From NCBI RefSeq assembly GCF_006345805.1, contig NC_043004.1:34100001-34164000 (forward strand): DNA of 64,000 nt, written 5' to 3'. This DNA is from Octopus sinensis. Lineage: Eukaryota. A program made the translations under genes and the position numbers. Below, in pieces: positions 1-12,899 of this stretch. How positions within the stretch are numbered: the first letter of the stretch is position 1; the number at the start of each line of letters is the position of its first letter. The notes beneath the pieces are model-generated. The model was not told the DNA's origin and did no database searches. It saw only the letters and a program-made list of their open reading frames with translations.

Positions 1-224
1 CCCAAGCTGCCATGCAGTGGGACTGAACCTTATGTAAAGGACAACTAATCTTCAGTTTGAGAGTTCAAATACCAGGAAGCCATTTCTGGGGAGGATAAGA
101 TATTGTATTATTTTGCTGCTCTGTATATCTGGTCCATAGAAATGACATCATGAAAGCAAGGCTCAATCACCTGACAGATCAAACAACTATTCAAGGGGAG
201 TGTTGGATATTTAGCCTTTGCTTC

Positions 225-696
225 ATGTGTGTGAGTGTGTGCATATGTGTATGTGTGTATGTATGTATGTATGTATGTATGTATGTATGTATGCATGCAT
301 GCAGGTATGTATGTATGTATGTATTTATGTGTGTATGTATGTATGTGTGTATGTATGTATGTATGTATGTATGTATGTTTGTACGTATGTATGTATGTAT
401 GTTTGTACGTATGTATGTATGTGTGCAGATTTGCATATTCGTTTTATGTATGCATTCTCATGCATATAGTTACGTATCCAGACATGCGCATATATATTTA
501 AATGATAAACTTCTGGAAATTTTTACAGACTTTTACGGTTCCAGTGATGGATTGGATCTGTTGCCTTCGAATCAGCTTCCTCCTTTCTAGTTTTGAGAAG
601 CCTATTTTCTCAAGATTAATATTTAGGCAGCGCATTACATATCCCAGAGCCCTAATAATTACAGGTATAAACCTGAACTTGTAATCTGTATGTATG

Positions 697-727
<31 letters not shown>

Positions 728-1125
728 GTGTATGTATGTATGTATGTATGTATGTATGTATGTATTTATGTATGTATGCTTTTCTTTTGCTGGGCTCAAA
801 TGTCATTTGCGAACCCAAGGAGAATGAACCTCCACCAACTCTTCCACCTATATGTCTGTGCACACCTTTGAATGCAATGTATACCAGAAGGTTTGCAAAT
901 CTAATGGAGGCCTCAAAAGGCATTTTAAGATCCATAAAGATTAGAACTGCTGCTCTTGGTGGTCCAAATCAGATGCACAATCTATGTGGATGTCTTTTCA
1001 GAACATTTTCTGGTTTAAAAAGCCTGATCAGATGCCATGATGGTTCTAAGGTGTAGGTAGAGGAGGTGGTCAAAATCTGCATAAGGTATGTAGACAACCA
1101 CTATGTATGTATGTATGTATGTATG

Positions 1126-1159
<34 letters not shown>

Positions 1160-1195
1160 TGTATGTATGTATGTATGTGTGTATGTATATGTATG
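225..1195. repeat. (TGTA)n microsatellite blocks interleaved with retroelement fragments
   Basis: Direct inspection. Confidence 0.95.
423..690 (-). mobile_element. 5'-truncated 3' end of an R4/Dong-like (RLE-type) non-LTR retrotransposon inside a (TACA)n tract
   Basis: YKFRFIPVIIRALG...LEKIGFS...QIQSITGTVKVCK* resembles the RLE C-terminal IPIVIGALG motif. Both junctions abut (TGTA)n. Confidence 0.65.
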
Positions 1196-1684
1196 ATGAT
1201 GGCTATCTACTCCATTGCTGACAATTTTTTAATGCTGACAATTGTTTAATGTCAGCGATGCCTGTGCATGGATTTTAAGTTGAGTATGGCTTGCACAACA
1301 CCTCAACAACTTTCACTATCAATACGAAAGAAGCTCAGAGACAAGCAAAGTGCAAGATATCCAGCTCAGTAGAGCAGATGGTTTTATACATGAGTTAGCT
1401 TTCTCCACGAGGGATGCCTTAACAAAAAAGAACATGGGTCTCTCACTCCGAGTGGGCTCGCTCTACCCTCGGACAACCACCTGAGTAGTTCTATGTCCCA
1501 TCATTCATAATCTAGTTAACCCATAACTGGAACCCTGGCAAGTATTGCTACTCCTAGTCAGAGCAGACCTGGAAAATGTAGTGTCTAAGATGTGATTCCA
1601 TGCTTTTTAAAAGCCAGGAATACCTGAACCAGAGACCCACCATGGATGCTGTTCAAAGTCATACCTAGAACATATGTATATACA

Positions 1685-1905
1685 GGCAGTAAGCTGGCAG
1701 ACTCATCGACACACTGAGCCAAAGGCTCAGCAGCATTTCACTTGTTACATTCTGAGTCCAAATGTTGCTGAGACCAACTTTACCTTTCACCCTTTTAAGG
1801 TTGATAAAATAAGTACCAGTTGAGTACTGGGGTCGATAAAATCAAGTAGCCTCCCTCCCCAATAACTACAGGCCTTGTGCCTATAGTAGAAAGCTTATAT
1901 ATATA
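1685..1905 (+). mobile_element. Old SINE family A copy (further degenerate copies near 23440-23780, 37215-37430 and 40770-40930)
   Basis: Degenerate head and core gataaaataagtaccagttgagtactggggtcga. Confidence 0.65.
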
Positions 1906-1977
1906 TATAATTGTGGTGCCCCAGATTGGCCACAGCTGAAACTAGATAAAATAAAAACAAATAAAATAAAATACAAT

Positions 1978-2034
<57 letters not shown>

Positions 2035-2086
2035 CACCCACACATACATATATGTATATTATAGTAAGATAGAGTTAAATATAAGT

Positions 2087-2193
2087 TTAAGATGTGTGAA
2101 AAGATGTTGTAAAATTTGAGTTGAAAAAGCAATTTGCTGCTGCAGCTGCTGCTGTTGCTGTTGCTGCTATGTATGAAAACATCCTGAATATAT
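2087..2193 (-). CDS. Weak candidate terminal exon: (D)IFRMFSYIAATATAAAAANCFFNSNFTTSFHTS*
   Basis: T-rich acceptor ...ttataatgcag|AT, phase-compatible with exon E. No other support. Confidence 0.2.
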
Positions 2194-3292
2194 CTGCATT
2201 ATAATTAAGATAGAAAACATATGAAGTTGAATGTATAAGAATTAAGCAGTTTGAAGTTGAAGAAAATAGAAAACAAAACAAGGTAAAAAAAAAACTTCAA
2301 CGACAAAACTTATATATTTTCCCAGCAATCTTAATATAATAGTGATGCTAGTTATTGAAGGGAAATAAATAATTTGTTGTAGAACATAAAATTGAATTAA
2401 GAGATATTTTATTGACAAAAATGAAAGACAAAATAAAAGAATATATACCATACACTTCAAAATATCTATAAAGTCCGAGAAATTCAAATTTGTATTCCAG
2501 TGGTGTTCCAACACAAAGATAAATTCCCTTTTCCTTTCTTTCTGTTTCGTTTTTGCTTTTGTTTTTATTTTTGTTTTTGTTTTTGAGTTTTTTTTTCTGC
2601 TTTGATTGATTTTCACAGATATGAAATGAACCAGTTACTATATTGTGTTTGACTAACGAGTGATTTTTTAAACATTTTTTTTTCTGTAAGAACAGCCAGA
2701 TATATTTGAGTAGACTGTATAATAATTTGTTGTATTCCAGTCTGTTAGATTTGCAGCTAGATCAGATGACATTATGTTGGATTATAAACAGAAGAATTGA
2801 CAGTTCAAATTTTGAGCTTGGAGTGCTGCCCCCAACATTAAGGTCAATTTACTAAAATTCTCACAGTGGATATATCCAAAATTTGGCTCAATGGAAGCAA
2901 ACAGATAAGAAATATTATACGGGACATATAAGATAAAATTTAGTCAATCACAGCTAATATTTCCTTATAAGTAAGCATCTGTTCTTTGTAAGTAAGTGAC
3001 CCAAAGGAATTTTGAATTTAGATGCTTTGATCAAATATATAAGGGGAAAATCCTCAGGGGATTTGAACTTGTTATGTTTGAATTAGAAGTCTGCTGCCCT
3101 AAAATGCCAGCTATTTCACTTTTCCAACTGCTACTATAGCCATCCTGCTATTTCTCTTAGATACCAATAAGGGAAAATGAGGGGATAACTCACAGCTGTA
3201 AGGATCCCTATCCTCTTTTTCTTGTACAACTTGGAGGATCAAACTGTTTTATCCTTCAGGCACAACTTGAACACAAAATAGTCTCTAAATTA

Positions 3293-3660
3293 CTGATCAT
3301 TCCCTAATGACCTTACAAATCAATCTTTAATGACCTCACAAATCATTCACTAATGACATTAAAGATTATTCTCTAATGACCTCGCAGAGTATTCTCGAAT
3401 AACCTTGCAGATTTTTCTCTAATTATCTTACAAATCATTCCCTAATGACCTTACACACCATTCACTCATGACCTTACAGACCATTCACTAATGACATTTC
3501 TGATCATTCCCTAATGACTTAACAGATCATTCCCTAATGATCTTACAGGTTATTCACTCATGTCCTTACAGGTTATTCCCTCATGTCCTTACAGGTTATT
3601 CTCTCTTGTCCTTACAGATCATATCCTAATGTCGTTACAGATTATTCATAATAACCTTAT
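3293..3660. repeat. 23-bp minisatellite, ~16 degenerate copies
   Basis: Consensus ~ATCATTCCCTAATGACCTTACAG. Confidence 0.85.
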
Positions 3661-6506
3661 GATTCAATGATTTATGTGATCCATAAACATTACATATTGT
3701 CCTGGATGATTAAATAAGTCATTTAACGATCAGATTTTGCTTATTTTTTCTTAGATATTGAACCTAAAATACATGTTTTTAAAATAGAATGGCAGAGTGA
3801 AGGAATTATAACAAATATAGATGCTTGATAAGCAGTGTGGGATTGTTAATGATGGCTCTCAACTCTAGTTTATGGTATTAAGTAAATGAGAGATGAACTT
3901 TGAACAAAATGCTGGTCTATCATGGAGGGTGGGAGGCATTTAAGATGAATTACCTTCCCCTCAAATCCTGCTAAACTGAACTGGATACAACTAAGTATTG
4001 TATCCTAGATATACCATGCCATATCTACAGCGGATTTGAACTCCTGACATTTGAATTTATAATTCAGTCACCTATCCATTATTCTTCACTTCTTATGATA
4101 ATTTATTGGTCTACTTGCTTCCTACCTGTGAAATTACATTTTCTGCAGGTGGTTTCTTATATCTTTCAGCAGAATACTTTATTTTCTATAATATACCTGG
4201 CAGAAACACGTTACAGATCTTTTGGGACTGTTATATATACTGCAGTATACAGACATGTTGTGCAGAGGAATATTCATCTATCATCTCTTATCTATTTAAC
4301 TTTAGTGACCTAGGGCTAAGCACCACTTCATAGGCTTCTGTAATTTGTCAGATCCACATACATTCTGAATGTTAAATGAAGTAGATATGGGGCTCTTTAA
4401 ACGAGACGATTAATCTGAACTTAAAATTCTTCTGTAATCTTGTCCTAACATAGAAAATGTAAACATACATTAGAATTTAGAAAGAAAGAAGGAGAGGAAT
4501 CTAATGTAAGGTTAGAGTTGATATTAATTTATTGCATTATAGACAAATATATCCTATCTTCGTTTGACCTGGGGTCTCCATTAATTCAATGAGAGTTGTA
4601 ATTCCCAAGATAACCTGGTAGTATTCATGGCTAATCCCTATACATAATCCTGTTGAGTGCCTTTTGAACGTATTAAATACCCAGACTTACTGGCTAACCT
4701 GCATTTCATTCCCTAGGCAACTGAGCATATTATCGTAAATTAACTATATCTTAGCATGGCTTATTGCATATTTATACGCGAATCTCTCTTGCATGTGTGT
4801 GTGTGTGTGTGTGTGTGTGTATTCATGAGCATTGATGTACACTGCAAGAGAGGCTGACTAGTGACTGAACTATTCAAAATATTATTTAATAACAAGAAAT
4901 TGAAGAAGAATGGTATAGAATAGAAAATCCTAAAATAAATTAATTTCAGTCTTCATATTAAATTGAACAGATGAATCTAACTTTGTTCATTTTAAATATG
5001 TCATCAATTGAAAATTTATTAAGTTTAATAAAGAAATAAAAGTATTTCTTTCTTTTTTTTTTTTTAGTCTTGTTGTTGTATAGATGCTGCATGAAGACGT
5101 GTGCAATAATACCACCTTGTAAGATATTACAGAAAATGCTATATCTCTGCATGAATGGAGCTACCAATATGTCATGGTACCTACATTGCTGTAAAAATAT
5201 TGAATTTCTTAGTTTTACTATGTCTTCTATTGTTTCTTCTTTTATAACTGTTTAATTTCCAAAGGAAAATAATTTATATCAAAAATAGATTAAACTCAAT
5301 AAAAATGTAAGCAAAAGATTTGGAAACTAAATTTAATTTGCCGTTTGATAAATGCTGACATATTCTCCAAGGTATTTCATCATTCACATCTCTCTACAGA
5401 GATTCTAATTTGAGACAAGATTTATTGCTTTATAATGTATTCTTTTTGTTCCCTTCTTTTGTATTTTTCACCATAATTTTTCCAAATTCCTTTGTCTGTA
5501 TTTTCTGATTTAAAACATCTTTATTCCTGCCTTCAGGATTTTGTTATTACTTGCAAACTTTTTCAACAGGCTCTCTTTATCACTGACTTATCTCTATCTG
5601 TAATCTTTCCATTCAGATCAAATACGTCTCATAAACGATGCCAATATAACACTTATAACACATTTTACAACACAATTTTACTATTAATCAAGACGATGAG
5701 TCACTAGTTTGGCCTCAAAGGTCATTCACAGTTTGAGTCTCTCCTGGTATTTTGAAGCCAAATCTTTAATTTAAAAAAAAAATGCTTTTGATTGTTCAAT
5801 AATTTGATTTTTTTTTACACTATTTTAGGATACTAACATTGATTGATTAGATTATTGATTATCTGATTGTTCAGTTGGCAAGAATTGTATCTTTCTGTCA
5901 ATATGATACATGTTCTCCCAGGGTTTGGAATGAGAAATTTTATCCACTTTCACTGAGTGAGACAGTAATATTACAACTTTAATCCTCAACCCATCTGTTT
6001 CGGATCCACCTTGACAACAATTCCTCTCAATATAGAAAGTTTGCACTGAGGCTACTCACATAAAAATTTTCTTTTTTTTTACCTTGGACAACAAGAAGAA
6101 AGATGTATGATTATTTTGGATAATAGTTTCGTTTTTTTAACAGTTCAAAGATCTGTAACTTGCTTTACTGCATCCCAAACTCCCTCAGCCAAATCTCAAC
6201 CTACTTTGATGATTCTCACCTGTATTTAATTTGAAGTTAAAAATTCTTTGTGATTTCAACTGCTATAACTGATTTCAAAGGATGTACAAGAGATTGTAAC
6301 AATACAGATTAAAGAAACAGAAAAAAAATATAATTTTTATCTCTTTACCCACACTAATCTGGCCAAATGCAAAGGCTAACATGTCGGATATCAACCTACA
6401 TCAAATATTGTACTTCACACTCGCATCCTTCATTGGTTTATTCAAAGGGGTTCTCAACACCTCGTCCACTTTATCAATACTTGTTTATAATTATAGTCAC
6501 AATACC

Positions 6507-6736
6507 TATTTCTTTATTACCCACAAGGGGCTAAACACAGAGGGGACAAACAAGGACAGACATAGGTATTAAGTCGATTACATCGACCCCAGTGCGTAAC
6601 TGGTACTTAATTTATCGACCTCGAAAGGATGAAAGGCAAAGTCGACCTCGGCGGAATTTGAACTCACAACGTAATGCAGACGAAATACCGCTAAGCATTT
6701 CGCCCGGTGTGCTAACGTTTCTGCCAGCTCGCCGCC
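6507..6736 (-). mobile_element. tRNA-derived SINE family A with a 16-bp TSD
   Basis: Head ggcggcgagctggcagaaacg, tail aaagaaata. TSD ttatagtcacaatacc at 6491 and 6737. Confidence 0.9.
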
Positions 6737-8239
6737 TTATAGTCACAATACCAGATATATTTACATGCAAAGTGGTATTTTAAGAAAGCTGTGTGTTTAC
6801 TCTTCCTATCTCAATGTTTTGGGTTCACATTTGAAATATTCTTTCAGTTGCTGGGCCTTCTACAACGAAAATGTCAATGGTTTTCAAGTAGTAAAACATT
6901 GTCCAGCCATGGGTAAATGCTACTTTGTTTTGAAACAGTACCCACATATTTTGTATTTATTTACACTCAAAAAAATATACATCTTCTGAGAAGATCTTTG
7001 GGAGTCATGGTGCTACCATTCTTCAGTGGATTAATTACAAAGATAAAAAAAAAAGCATAAAAAGAAAATGTTCAGTTTGATTATTTTTCTGACAATTTCT
7101 CAAGTTAACTAAATTTATTTGCCAAAAATACAATATTGTAATATAGTTAATGAAATTATGTATTTTTTTTTTTATATGAAAGTTGAAATTTCTGCTTTAC
7201 TTTTTATGAAAAGCTGGATATATGGAGAGAACTTCAAAATACAATTCTACAGGTAAGAAAAAAACAAAACAAAAATACAAAACAAAGGAGCAAAAGCAAA
7301 TCAAAGCCTAAAATGGAATATGATGATGTAATGCTTCCATTTCGAGTATATTACAAGCCAACAAAAGGCATCACCAGTCTCAGAGATATTCTTCATAAAC
7401 AAAATGTTAATAACTTAATAATAAGGAATATTAAATTATTATTATGCACAATATTGAAAAAGGTTGGAATGCAATATTTTCAGTGCATAATGGTATATTT
7501 AATCATTTCAGATATCAAGATTCTCAAGCAAATCAGTGCAGTAGTTCTTGGATTTTTTATAGATTAGCTGCTGTTCTACAAAAATAGCCCAAGTTTTTCA
7601 TCAATATTGAAATATTCCAGTACAGCCAACATTTATTTCCAAACATTCTTCTTAACCAATTTCAAAAGTGCTGCATACATTTTTCTGATTACGTGTAATA
7701 TATTCAGTTCTTGGAATTTAATTATGTAAGTTTTAAATCTAAACTTCATTTTATCAATTTTAGTTTGTTACTAACTTCTGTTTGTAAAGTTACTATTAAA
7801 TATTATAATGTTTTATTTATTACAATTTAATTGTCCATCAACTAAATATTAACACATGAAGCAGAATTAGATTGTCAGATAAGTACGGTTCACCAAGAAA
7901 TAAAAGGAATATAAAGAAATGTGATAAGTAGAAGAGAGAACTGGATAGAATGGAAGTTCACCATAAAAAATTTAAGTTGTCAATTAAGAAAATTGTATAA
8001 GAAAAAAGGAAGAAGAGAATGAGAGAGAAATTTAAGAGAGGGGTAAAAGAAGTAAACATAGGACACACATATTATGGTATATACAAATTCCATACGCCAA
8101 CAATATTATGGAATTTTATTAGATTATATATGTGATTATGGCACCAGTCATTGCTTATCTGAAACAGCTGTAAAGATGTGACTGTTATATAATTTGTTTG
8201 TTTAGAAGTTTTGGTTGAAAAGCTCAAAGGCTGACCAAG

Positions 8240-9310
8240 ATACTCTCATGGAATGTGACCAAATGAGGTTTATTTTTCAATATAGTCCCCCTTGTGATCT
8301 ACACACTTCTTCCATCATTGTTGCAGTGCTTGAATCCCATTGGTGAACAACCTTTCATCTTATTGATCAAAACAGTCATCACCAGCAGATATCACATCAT
8401 TATCACTGCGATACTGGTTCCCAGCCAAGTGTCTTTTCATTTTGGGAAATATATGATAGTTAGAGGGGACAAAATCAGGAGAAAAGGAATGTGATCAACC
8501 AGTTCAAACCCACAGTCATGCACAGAAGCTATTCAAAGGAAGGACTTCTGTGCTAGAGCAATGTCCTGATGAAACAAAATGCTTTTCATCCGTTTTCCTG
8601 GCCATTTGCTCCTGTTAGCCTACCATAACTGCCTCAGCAAGTTGGCATAGTACTCTCCACTGATGCTATGGTCCTTTTCAAGATAGTCAACAAACACAGT
8701 GCCTTTTGCATCCCCAAAAGCTGAGGCCATAAATTTCCCTGCAGTTGAAACAGCCTTGGCTTTTTTTTAGAGCAGGTGAGGTGTTTTCATTGTATGAATT
8801 ATCACTTTGTCTCTGGCTCAAAGTGACGAAGACAAAACTCATCCTGGCTTAAGAAATGTCCAAAGAAACCAGATGGAACCGCCTCAAACAATGTCAGATT
8901 TTCTTGTGATGGGATCCGACTGATGTGCTTTTGATCAGGTGTCAGAAGACATGGTACCCACCGAGCAGAAACACACATCATGCCAAGTTCATCGTGCAGA
9001 ATATCTTAACTCTCTCATGGGAAATGCTGATAGCATTGGTTATTTGATTTACAGTGAATTGCCTGTCATCTCTTACCATGTGGTGAACACAATCAATGAT
9101 TTCCTTGGTGGTGGTAGTTGCAGGACATCCAGATCTTGGGGCATCATCAAGACTCTCCCTTCCTCTCCTTAATTCAATTGCCCACTTCTGTACACATGAG
9201 GTAAAATAGTTCTGACTTAGTGCTGTGATGTAATGCAAACATGACTTTTGTAGAGGATGGACAGACACCAAGCACTGGATGTATTTTAAAGTAGATGCCA
9301 ACATCATTTG
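8240..9310 (-). mobile_element. Mariner transposon relic
   Basis: ELRRGRESLDDAPRSGCP...VHHMVRDDRQFTVNQITNAISISHERV, plus a degenerate mariner C-terminus near 8280-8520. Confidence 0.85.
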
Positions 9311-9341
9311 GGTAGTGCTGTTAGAATATTTTCCATATCAT

Positions 9342-9737
9342 AGGTGCAGGAGTGGCTGTGAGGTAAGTAGCTTGCTTGCGAACCACATGGTTCTGGGTTC
9401 ATTCCCACTGTGGGGTACCTTGGGCAAGTGTCTTCTACTATAGTCTCGGGCCGACCAAAGCCTTGTGAGTGGATTTGGGAGACGGAAACTGAAAGAAGCC
9501 TGTCGTATATATGTATATATATATGTTTGTGTGTCTGTGTTTGTCCCCCCAGCATCGCTTGACAACCGATGCTGGTGTGTTTACATCCCTGAAACTTAGT
9601 GGTTCGGCAAAAGTTACCGATAGAATAAGTACTAGGCTTACAAAGAATAAGTCCTGGTGTTGATTTGCTTGACTAAAGGCGGTGCTCCAGCATGGCCGCA
9701 GTCAAATGACTGAAACAAGTAAAAGAGTAAAAAGAGT
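9342..9737 (+). mobile_element. tRNA-derived SINE family B (bipartite, (GTAAAAGA)n tail)
   Basis: ggtgcaggagtggctgtg...accttgggcaagtgtcttctactatag, a (TA/TG) linker, a 3' module, then gagtaaaagag. Confidence 0.9.
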
Positions 9738-9739
9738 AT

Positions 9740-10450
9740 CATTCAAATGATACAGTGCACACGATGATGTTGGAGGGAATAAAGATTGAGTTTCTTGAGA
9801 TGATCCTATTGAGTCAAGACTTGTCACACTATCTATTTTCTTTGTGATCAATCTCTGGGTTGCTTCAATTTTTATAATACCTTGTTTCAGGTTGTGAGAC
9901 TACAGCAGACAGGCAAAGGTGGAGAAGGATAATTGTAGAAGTGTCTCTGGTTTCTTTATTTCCCACAAGGGGCTAAACACAGAGGAGACAAACAAGGACA
10001 GACCAACGGATTAAGTCGATTGCATCGACCCCAGTGCATAACTGGTACTTAATTTATCGACCCCAAAAGGATGAAAGGCAAAGTTGATCTCAGTGGAATT
10101 TGAACTCAGAGCGTAATGGCAGACGAAATACCGCTAAGCATTTCACCCGGCGTGCTAACGATTCTGCCAGCTCGCCACCTTATATGTAGGAGTGTCTCTG
10201 GACCAAAATGTCCTGAGAATCCAGGAACATGCCATGCGGCCCATGTTGACTTTGTTGTTTATGTAGGCACTCCAGCTTATGCTGTTTTTGACAGTTATTT
10301 TAGTTTTGTTGCATGCAGATACTGATCTACAGAAGCCATTGGTGAGAGAGATATTTGTATCTGCACTAAATGAGTTGCACAGGAAAATAGCTATTTCTTG
10401 CTTTCTTCTACCGGTGTGGTCAGCATGAATGGTGGTATAATTCCTTATAC
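9740..10450 (-). pseudogene. CR1/L2-like LINE RT C-terminal relic interrupted by a SINE
   Basis: ACSWILRTFWSRD...IIKIEATQRLITKKID...HLKKLNLYSLQ. Confidence 0.7.
9951..10182 (-). mobile_element. SINE family A with a 17-bp TSD
   Basis: tgtag(a/g)agtgtctctgg at 9934 and 10185. Confidence 0.88.
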
Positions 10451-10490
10451 AAGATCCACTGTGATGGCAAAAAAAAAAAATAATAATAAT

Positions 10491-10706
10491 AAGGCGAGCT
10501 GGCAGAAACGTTAGCACGCCGGGCAAAATGCGTAGCTGTATTTCGTCTGCCGTTACGTTCTGAGTTCAAATTCCGCTGAGGATAACTTCAGGGTCAATAA
10601 ATTAAGTGCCAGTTATGCACTGGGGTCGATGTAATCGACTTAATCCATTTGTCTATCCCTGTTTGTCCTCTCTTGTTTGTCCTACCTTGTGGTTAGTAAA
10701 GAAATA
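10491..10706 (+). mobile_element. SINE family A
   Basis: Family match. ggtataattccttat at 10434 and 10707. Confidence 0.88.
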
Positions 10707-11168
10707 GGTATAATTCCTTATTTCAGCTTCCAAGTGAGAGTTGTTGAGGTGAGTCTCAGTAAGAACAAGGAAAGGAATGTGATAATAGTGGTGAGAAGCG
10801 CAGTCTTCGTTGAACTGAATCTTCATTTTGAATTGAATAATGAACTGATGTCTTGTACAATTAACAAAAATGTTGAGACTTGAGTAGCGCTCAAAAGAGA
10901 CTCATGGCTCATTGGCAGTGAGGAGGGTGAAAGAAGAAAGGGAGATAAAGAGAGAGAAGGAGAGATATAAAGAGAGGGAGCAGGGAGAGATAGGGAAGGA
11001 AAGCAAACCTCTGCATTGAAACAGAATTGCTCTGTCATATTAAATCATACTCATTGACCATCAATCACACCAGTCATTACTTTGAAATATTTTGTAACTT
11101 GTTTCACCAAAAACAAAAACAAAAAAGCAAAAAAAACCAAAGAAAACCAAAAACAGTCAATGTTTACT

Positions 11169-11573
11169 TTAATCCTTTAGCATCTAAATAGGCCATATCT
11201 GGCCTCTCACACCTATTTCTTTACTGCCCACAGAGGGGACAAACAAGGACAGACAAACAAATTAAGTCGATTATATCGACCTCGGTGCGTAACTGGTACT
11301 TATTTAATTGACCCCAAAAGGATGAAAGGCAAAGTTGACCTCGGCAGAATTTGAACTCAGAACGTAGCGACAGACGAAATACCGCTAAGCATTTCACCTG
11401 GCGTGCTAACATTTCTGCCAACTCGTCGCCTTCTGGCCTCTCACACCTACCCTACAATGTCGTCTGACAAATAAACACTCTCATCATCAAAATCTCAAAG
11501 CTATGAAATAATGCTTGATTAATTCATAAATAAATAAACATTACATTCGACAGATTTGAATGCCGAAGGGTTA
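11169..11573. mobile_element. piggyBac-like MITE with a nested SINE
   Basis: ttaatcctttagcat ... atgccgaagggttaa termini (TTAA-CCC type). Confidence 0.55.
11216..11431 (-). mobile_element. SINE family A with an 18-bp TSD
   Basis: tctggcctctcacaccta at 11198 and 11432. Confidence 0.9.
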
Positions 11574-11921
11574 ACATGCCTATTCTGCTGGGCCTAAACT
11601 AAAATTAATAAATATTAGTAAACCTTTAAGGCTAACTTGTTCATACACAGTACTTGGCAAAATTTGACCTTTTTCTTATTCAAAATAATCATTTTTTTTT
11701 CCTCCATAAAAGAATTAGTATCTTTGAAGAAGGGTTAAGCCTGTCAAGGAACTGAACAGACAACATTTTTGTTTACTAGTTTTGGAGAAACATAGTTACA
11801 CTGCTAACACTCTTGGGAAGATTATGACCTTCTCTTTTCATTCTTCCCATAAATTATAGACTTTCATGCCATATCAAAATGCAATCTCAATCATCAGTTG
11901 ATGCCAGTCTATTTACCTTAC

Positions 11922-12024
11922 CTTGATAATATCTTTGGGAAAAGCATGTGCAAATATTACATTTCTCACTATTTCTTTCCTTAAAATATGAAACCTCACT
12001 GGAATTGCTATAACAATCATCTGC
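11922..12024 (-). CDS. Internal coding exon E (103 nt, phase 0-1): ADDCYSNSSEVSYFKERNSEKCNICTCFSQRYYQ(x)
   Basis: Acceptor gtttctttgtttttctttag|G, donor AAG|GTAAGG. The frame matching exon D gives C-x17-C-x2-C-x-C spacing. Confidence 0.7.
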
Positions 12025-12342
12025 CTAAAGAAAAACAAAGAAACTTTGAAGAAACAAGAAGACGATGGTACGATGCTTCATTGGAAGCAACAAACAATAG
12101 TTTGGTGCTCCTTATCTTCCTTCAGTTTAAAACTGTTAGAATAGTCTCCAAGTCAAATAGTTGATGTAAAAATTGGATATTTCCAAGTACATGTTTTAAC
12201 CAACCTACAGTTCGTTAGTTTTAAGTAAGCTAGCTGCTTATGAAATATCATAAAATACTGGAACTTTGCCACCACCATGACACTCACTCCTCACAATCTA
12301 TGTCTGCCTCTCCCCCCAACTCATGTGACTTACCCGACCACA

Positions 12343-12377
<35 letters not shown>

Positions 12378-12899
12378 TTCCCTCATCCACTCTATCATTA
12401 TTATATTCTACTAATCTTCACCCCAACACATCTTTAGTTATCCCCACCCCTTTCCCACCATTCCCTACATCCACCCCTCAACCCTATCTAATCTTTACAG
12501 TTGTCACCTACTCTTCCCAACTTGCCTCATCATCCACTCAACACTTGTTCTTCATTAATTATATTCAACCCCTCACCCATTCCCCACCTCTCACTCTCCC
12601 AAACACTCCTGCAGCCTCTACTCATCCACAGCCCAAGTTTTTATGCACCACTCACTCCCATTCACCTCTTAGTCTTGAGGGTTTACCGAGGCACCACATC
12701 ACCACAACTTTCATCTCTTCCCAGCTCTCCACCATGACCGCCTCCACTCTCTCTTCTAACATATGAGAAATCATGTGGTCCCTCTACAACAAGAAACTTG
12801 TTCTGCTCTGGTCCCTCCTCTCATACTTTAATCCCTCATCTCCTACCATAAAGTTGCACCTCCAAGGCAACCATACAAGTGCCAGGACCTTGAAAAAAG

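Noticed and set aside
108-1056. YVCM/HTYI-type ORFs here and throughout the window
   Set aside because: Translations of (TGTA)n, (TA)n and (CA)n microsatellites.
3293-3660. CRISPR-like array
   Set aside because: Contiguous tandem units without spacers in a eukaryotic context.
7214-7252. Plus-strand 39-nt exon candidate LDIWRELQNTILQ
   Set aside because: Strong donor but weak acceptor. No phase-compatible partner was found (candidates at 10727-10748 and 35468-35537 do not chain).
8150-8180. GAAACAGCTGTA palindromic stem III
   Set aside because: No recognisable core or stem I upstream.
9342-9420. tRNA genes
   Set aside because: The tRNA-like segments are SINE heads without a complete cloverleaf.
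9891-9950. Plus-strand exon-like or RTE-like segment (TADRQRWRR)
   Set aside because: The minus strand clearly continues a CR1-like RT relic across the SINE.
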